Shown here: positions 56,413-62,020 of the stretch, piece after piece
Layout: every line of letters starts with the position of its first letter
Numbering within the stretch: the stretch's first letter is position 1
Source of the DNA: a bacterium
GTDB taxonomy: Bacteria; CALINM01
Assembly (NCBI GenBank): GCA_041640455.1
Contig: JBEQAF010000001.1
Location: forward strand, 1-62,020
Length of the DNA: 62,020 bases
Reading direction: 5' to 3'
Notes under the pieces: generated by a model
The model's database searches: none
Seen by the model: only the letters and a program-made list of their open reading frames with translations
What the model was told of the DNA's origin: nothing
Made by a program: the position numbers and the translations under genes

Positions 56413-57562
56413 TTTTAATTCTGCTAAGAGCCTCTGTTAGCCTTTCTTTGTTTACGGTAAGGGCTATTCTGAAATAACCTTCTCCATGGGCTCCAAAACC
56501 AACACCAGGAGTAACAACCACACCGGTCTCTTCCAGCACTTTGCCACAAAATGTTCTTGAATCAACATTATCTGGCGTTTTTACCCAGACATAAAAGGTG
56601 GCTTTTGGGTAAAAAACCTCGTATCCCATCTTTTCAAGCTCACTTACCACAAGATCTCTTCTATCTTTGTAGATTTTTCTGTACTCTTCAACACAGCTCT
56701 GATCTCCTGAAAGCGCTTCTATTGCAGCTTCCTGAACTGCCTGAAATATACCTGAGTCCACATTGGTTTTAATCTTCCCCAGCCCTTCAATAATTGATGG
56801 ATTCCCCACCGCAAAGCCGATTCTCCAGCCTGTCATGCTGTAAGTTTTTGATAGCGAGTGCATCTCAATGGCAACCTCTTTTGCGCCATCCACATTGAAT
56901 ATACTGATCGGTGGCTCCTCATAAAAAAGCTCAGAATAAGCCATATCATGGCAGACTATAAATTTATACTTCATAGCAAGCTTAATTACCTCTTCAAAAA
57001 ACACTTTGTCTGCCGTTGCCGATGTGGGGTTATTGGGATAGTTTATATGAATAATCTTTGTCTTTTTCAGCACATCTTCTGGAATGGCTTTTAAATCAGG
57101 CAAAAAGCCGTTCTCTTTTTTTAAAGGCATTATGTAGCTGATGCCGCCTGCAAAAAGGGTTCCTATGTTATACACTGGATAGGCAGGATCAGGAACAAGC
57201 ACATAATCCCCGGGATTAACAAAGGCAAGCGGTATGTGGGCTATACCTTCTTTTGAGCCTATAAGTGATACCACCTCTTTATTAGGATCAAACTTGACAT
57301 TGAATCTCTTTTCCGCCCATTGGGAAGCAGCAGATCTAAATTCATAGAGCCCCTCATAGTCAGGATATTTATGATTTTTTGGATCCTCTGAAGCTTTTTT
57401 AAGCCTGTCAACTATATGCTTTGGCGTGGGTAGATCCGGGTCTCCTATTCCAAGACTTATAATGTCAACTCCTCTCTGAGCAACCTCTTTCTTTTTCCTG
57501 TCTATCTCAGCAAAAAGATAGGGTGGCAACTTGCTAAGTCTTTCTGCCTTTTCAAATACCAT
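56399..57562 (-). CDS. class I aminotransferase, LL-diaminopimelate aminotransferase-like
   Basis: LPPYLFAEID, GIGDPDLPTP and the SLSKTYSMTGWRIG PLP-lysine region. Confidence 0.8.
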   Translation of the reverse strand: MVFEKAERLSKLPPYLFAEIDRKKKEVAQRGVDIISLGIGDPDLPTPKHIVDRLKKASEDPKNHKYPDYEGLYEFRSAASQWAEKRFNVKFDPNKEVVSLIGSKEGIAHIPLAFVNPGDYVLVPDPAYPVYNIGTLFAGGISYIMPLKKENGFLPDLKAIPEDVLKKTKIIHINYPNNPTSATADKVFFEEVIKLAMKYKFIVCHDMAYSELFYEEPPISIFNVDGAKEVAIEMHSLSKTYSMTGWRIGFAVGNPSIIEGLGKIKTNVDSGIFQAVQEAAIEALSGDQSCVEEYRKIYKDRRDLVVSELEKMGYEVFYPKATFYVWVKTPDNVDSRTFCGKVLEETGVVVTPGVGFGAHGEGYFRIALTVNKERLTEALSRIKNVKF

Positions 57563-57655
57563 TACAGACTCCTTAAGTTTTTTTTGAGCTTTTTATTATA
57601 CAAAAAGATTTTTTACTGAGTAAATAATAAATGATATGCAATTTAATATGAAATG

Positions 57656-57686
57656 AAAAAGCCAGGGAAAACGCCCCTGGCTTTTT
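57656..57686 (-). terminator. rho-independent terminator after groEL (symmetric, flanked by A5 and T5)
   Basis: GCCAGGG-aaaacgc-CCCTGGC with a U run on the minus-strand transcript. Confidence 0.8.
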
Positions 57687-57717
57687 CGAAAAAAGTTTAA
57701 AATTATTAAAGTCTATC

Positions 57718-59334
<1,617 letters not shown>

Positions 59335-59366
59335 CTATAATTCCTCCTTTTTAAATTTTTTATTTT

Positions 59367-59660
59367 TTATTTTTCTATAATGCCCAGAATATCTTCTTCT
59401 CTCATAATAAGGTACTCTTCGCCTTCAATCTTGATCTCTGTGCCTGCATATTTACCGAAGATAACTTTGTCACCCACCTTTACTTCCATGGGGATCTTCT
59501 GCCCATTTTCAAGAATTCTTCCGTTTCCAACCGCAATAACCTCTCCTTCCTGTGGTTTTTCCTTAGCAGTATCAGGTATTATGATACCGCTTTTGGTCTT
59601 CTCTTCTTCTGGCAGTCTTTTGACAATAATTCTGTCGTGTAGTGGTCTTACCTTGCTCAT
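59367..59660 (-). CDS. groES: co-chaperonin GroES
   Basis: [15 protein letters not shown]... The start is moved to ATG 59660, which has AGGAGG upstream. Confidence 0.95.
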   Translation of the reverse strand: MSKVRPLHDRIIVKRLPEEEKTKSGIIIPDTAKEKPQEGEVIAVGNGRILENGQKIPMEVKVGDKVIFGKYAGTEIKIEGEEYLIMREEDILGIIEK

Positions 59661-59686
59661 AGAACCTCCTATCTTATTTTTTTTGA

Positions 59687-59713
59687 TTAGCACTTTATGC
59701 TTTTAAGTGCTAA
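59687..59713. promoter_or_regulatory. CIRCE element (HrcA operator)
   Basis: TTAGCACTT-N9-AAGTGCTAA compares with the consensus TTAGCACTC-N9-GAGTGCTAA. It lies between the promoter candidate and groES. Confidence 0.85.
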
Positions 59714-59714
59714 T

Positions 59715-59743
59715 AAGATAATTACTAAAGTTTTTTTTGTCAA
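59715..59743 (-). promoter_or_regulatory. sigma70-type promoter candidate for groESL (TTGACA-17 nt-TATCTT)
   Basis: Read on the minus strand. CIRCE begins immediately downstream of the -10. Confidence 0.5.
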
Positions 59744-59791
59744 GGGCTGGAAAAAAATTTTTTTGAAAATTTCATTATTTTTTAAGAAATG

Positions 59792-61123
59792 TTATTCTGC
59801 GATATGTTCATGCACCTCTATATCCTGCCATGTGGAACTAACGGTGTTTGTAATGGTTATTCTCTGATTTTTTTCATCTACTGGTTTTTGAGATAGATCA
59901 TAGAATTTAGGAGTTTCAGGCTTATTACCGAAAATATCCGATAATACTTTTACCACCGGCTCATCCGGAGAAGAGGGGTTGGGGCTTGTGACTATGCAGG
60001 TCTCGCCAGTGCTTAGCTTTACCAGCGTACCCTGAGGATAGATGCCAAGCATCTTAATAAAGGCTTTAAGATAGTTTGGCTCAAAGCTTATTCCCGCCAT
60101 CTTGGTCATAAACTCAAGGGCTTCTCTCGGCTCATGACATCTCTGATAAACCCTGTGGGTTGTCATTGCATCATAGCAGTCACAGATAGACAGTATCATG
60201 CTTGCAGGATGAGGCTTGTATTCTTTACCAACCTCTGGATAACCTGTAAGATTATATTTCATATGATGCTCAAGGGCAACTCTTAATACAACATCAGATA
60301 ATCCTTCCATCTTTTTTAACGTTTCATAGCCTGTAATGGGATGTTTTTTCATCTGTTCCCATTCCTCATCACTTAGCTTATCTGGTTTAAGCACTATTTT
60401 CGGATCTATGGAAACCTTACCTATATCGTGCAACATCGCCGCCGTCCCCATCTCTTTTAAAAGATCTCCCCTCAGATTTAGCGCCTCACCAAGAGCAAGA
60501 GAAAGAATTGTCACATTTACTGAATGATAAAAAAGATAGTCATCGTAGCTTTTTATAAGACTCAGCCCTAACATGGTCTGTTTATCTTTCAAGACCATGT
60601 CAACCATATTACCAACCACTGCCTTTACTTCATCAGCTTTTGGGATTCTCCCCATTCTTACTTCTGAAATAACATGTTTTACAATATCTACAGCCTGAAA
60701 ATATACCTTCTGGGCTTTCTGCTTTAAATCTTCCTCATCAATGGAGTGAAAGAGTATATGGTCTGAAAAACGATCCTCGAGAGCCTCTTCCTTTAAAAGC
60801 GCCATCCTGGTGATAAACTCTTCCCAATCTTTAAAGCTTATACCTTTATAGATCTTCAGATTATCTTTTTTCTTGAGCTTAAAAATGTTTATAATAAAAT
60901 CCCACATGGTCTCGGAAGGGATCGGTATATTCTGAACCCAGATTAATCCATCAACCGATGAGATGTTTATCTCAGGGCTTTCTTTAAAAAAAAGCTCCAG
61001 CATCTCAAAGGATCTTTTTATGGGCTGGGCAACATATGGATGTCCTTTTGGATAAAAGGAAAAATTTTTTAAGGATGTATTAAACTGCTGAATAAAAGCT
61101 TCACAATCTTTTAAGGTTGGCAT
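59792..61123 (-). CDS. HD-GYP domain protein with an uncharacterised N-terminal domain
   Basis: AAMLHDIGKVSI and EHHMKYNLTGYPE. 443 aa. Confidence 0.8.
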   Translation of the reverse strand: MPTLKDCEAFIQQFNTSLKNFSFYPKGHPYVAQPIKRSFEMLELFFKESPEINISSVDGLIWVQNIPIPSETMWDFIINIFKLKKKDNLKIYKGISFKDWEEFITRMALLKEEALEDRFSDHILFHSIDEEDLKQKAQKVYFQAVDIVKHVISEVRMGRIPKADEVKAVVGNMVDMVLKDKQTMLGLSLIKSYDDYLFYHSVNVTILSLALGEALNLRGDLLKEMGTAAMLHDIGKVSIDPKIVLKPDKLSDEEWEQMKKHPITGYETLKKMEGLSDVVLRVALEHHMKYNLTGYPEVGKEYKPHPASMILSICDCYDAMTTHRVYQRCHEPREALEFMTKMAGISFEPNYLKAFIKMLGIYPQGTLVKLSTGETCIVTSPNPSSPDEPVVKVLSDIFGNKPETPKFYDLSQKPVDEKNQRITITNTVSSTWQDIEVHEHIAE

Positions 61124-61125
61124 GG

Positions 61126-62020
61126 TTAAATCCTTATTTTTTGTAATGAATCAAAGGCTTTTTCCCTTATCTCTATATCTGAATCTTTTATCAAACTTTC
61201 CAGAATCTTTTCTGATTCGGCATTTTTTATCTCTGCCAGCCCCTCTATGGCACTTAGCCTCAGTATCTTATTGTTTGCCTTATTAAAAAAGGTTTTCTTT
61301 AAAGCATATTCTTTCAGGTTTTGGAGCGCCCGGTTATTGCCTATTCTTCCCAGTGCAAGTAAAGCCTCCTTCTTTATAAACACATTTTCATTGTTTTTTA
61401 GCTCTGAGATAATATCATCAACCGCCTCCTGATCCTTCAATATACCAAGTGAAAATATTACCAGCTGCTTTATCTCATCTATCTCCTTTTTAAGCATCTC
61501 TCTCAAATGTTTTAGAGACTGTTTGCCAGGTATACGGGAAAGCGTTTTGACAAGCTCTTTTCTGACTCTTACGTCGGGATAATCAATTAGCTTGTAAATA
61601 AAGGGGAGATATTTTTCTTCTCTCGCAAAACCGAGTATGGTCAGCATGTTTCTTATAACAAACCAGCGATCATCTTCAAGATAATAGATTACTCTTTCAA
61701 AAGCTGGTGTCCCCAGATTAATTATCTCATTTATTATGTATCTTCTTTCCTTTATGTTGTTGGATGAAGAAAGCTTATCAATCATGCCATCAACAGCCCT
61801 ATCTCCCAGAACCTCATAAATCTTATGAACCTTATTGCCTATCTCAGGTTTATCATAGTTTAAAATAGAGTAATCAATAAGCTTCTTAATACGATCATTA
61901 CCAAAAGAATTTCTTAAAAAAGACTGAGCTTCTTTTCTAATATCATCTATCAGCTTTTCATTCAGGGCATCAAGAGAAAAATAATAAAAAACATCAATTA
62001 TAAAATTATCAATTTCAACT
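61126..62020 (-). CDS. HEAT-repeat (PBS-lyase-like) protein; 5' end outside the window
   Basis: The track starts this ORF at ATG 61785, but I translated the same frame upstream and it stays open to the window edge (...NDRIKKLIDYSILNYDKPEIGNKVHKIYEVLGDRAVDGMIDKL...). Repeated helical DxxVR-type HEAT-like units are present. Confidence 0.6.
   Translation of the reverse strand, partial: VEIDNFIIDVFYYFSLDALNEKLIDDIRKEAQSFLRNSFGNDRIKKLIDYSILNYDKPEIGNKVHKIYEVLGDRAVDGMIDKLSSSNNIKERRYIINEIINLGTPAFERVIYYLEDDRWFVIRNMLTILGFAREEKYLPFIYKLIDYPDVRVRKELVKTLSRIPGKQSLKHLREMLKKEIDEIKQLVIFSLGILKDQEAVDDIISELKNNENVFIKKEALLALGRIGNNRALQNLKEYALKKTFFNKANNKILRLSAIEGLAEIKNAESEKILESLIKDSDIEIREKAFDSLQKIRI

Overview
This is a visibly AT-rich, gene-dense chromosomal segment from an anaerobic, diderm and probably thermophilic bacterium. 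I cannot assign a taxon from sequence alone. I found no rRNA, CRISPR array, transposase, integrase or prophage genes, and one tRNA (tRNA-Ala CGC).

Gene content in order:
- 3' end of a Csu/sigma-type chaperone-usher pilus locus: chaperone, usher, spore-coat-U pilin
- cbiF and cbiL, an LPS heptosyltransferase, a Trm112-like protein and a DacZ-like diadenylate cyclase
- an FmdB zinc-ribbon protein, a methyltransferase and an orphan GAF-GspE/PilB ATPase
- an Mla-like operon: mlaE, a catalytically dead mlaF-like gene, mlaD, a TPR lipoprotein and the tRNA
- cysK-metY
- a Geobacter-type porin-cytochrome cluster: beta-barrel, 8-heme periplasmic cytochrome, 12-heme lipoprotein cytochrome
- a membrane-bound uptake [NiFe]-hydrogenase operon: small, large and cytochrome b subunits, protease, hypA, hypB, hypF
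- rpsO-pnp-M16 peptidase-dut
- hydG-hydE-hydF followed by a sigma54 activator
- an envelope cluster: HMA protein, porin, FG-GAP-like protein, rhodanese-like protein
- rtcB-archease-SPOR/NlpC-P60, a GAF-HD-GYP protein, two DUF507 genes and an MTA phosphorylase
- a hybrid histidine kinase, an EamA transporter, larE plus a second PP-loop ATPase, and a LemA-like gene
- a class II aldolase, a tungsten AOR, folK, an aminotransferase, groES-groEL with CIRCE, a second HD-GYP protein and a HEAT-repeat protein running off the window

The most interesting signal is the hydG-hydE-hydF operon. It is translationally coupled to a sigma54 enhancer-binding protein whose sensor region is an [FeFe]-hydrogenase-like H-domain, and no catalytic hydA lies anywhere in the window. 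This may be a one-component H2 or redox sensor that carries its own H-cluster maturases.

Two sequence elements support a link to the hydrogenase operon:
- a consensus -24/-12 element upstream of hydG
- a 20-bp palindrome, GTGTAAT-N6-ATTACAC, found in front of both hydG and the [NiFe]-hydrogenase operon

Other items worth a second look:
- a T9 tract that splits the usher signal peptide from its body
- a pseudo-ATPase in the Mla-like operon
- the tRNA overlapping a stop codon
- two mirrored, apparently leaderless divergent promoters
- a probable AUU start codon
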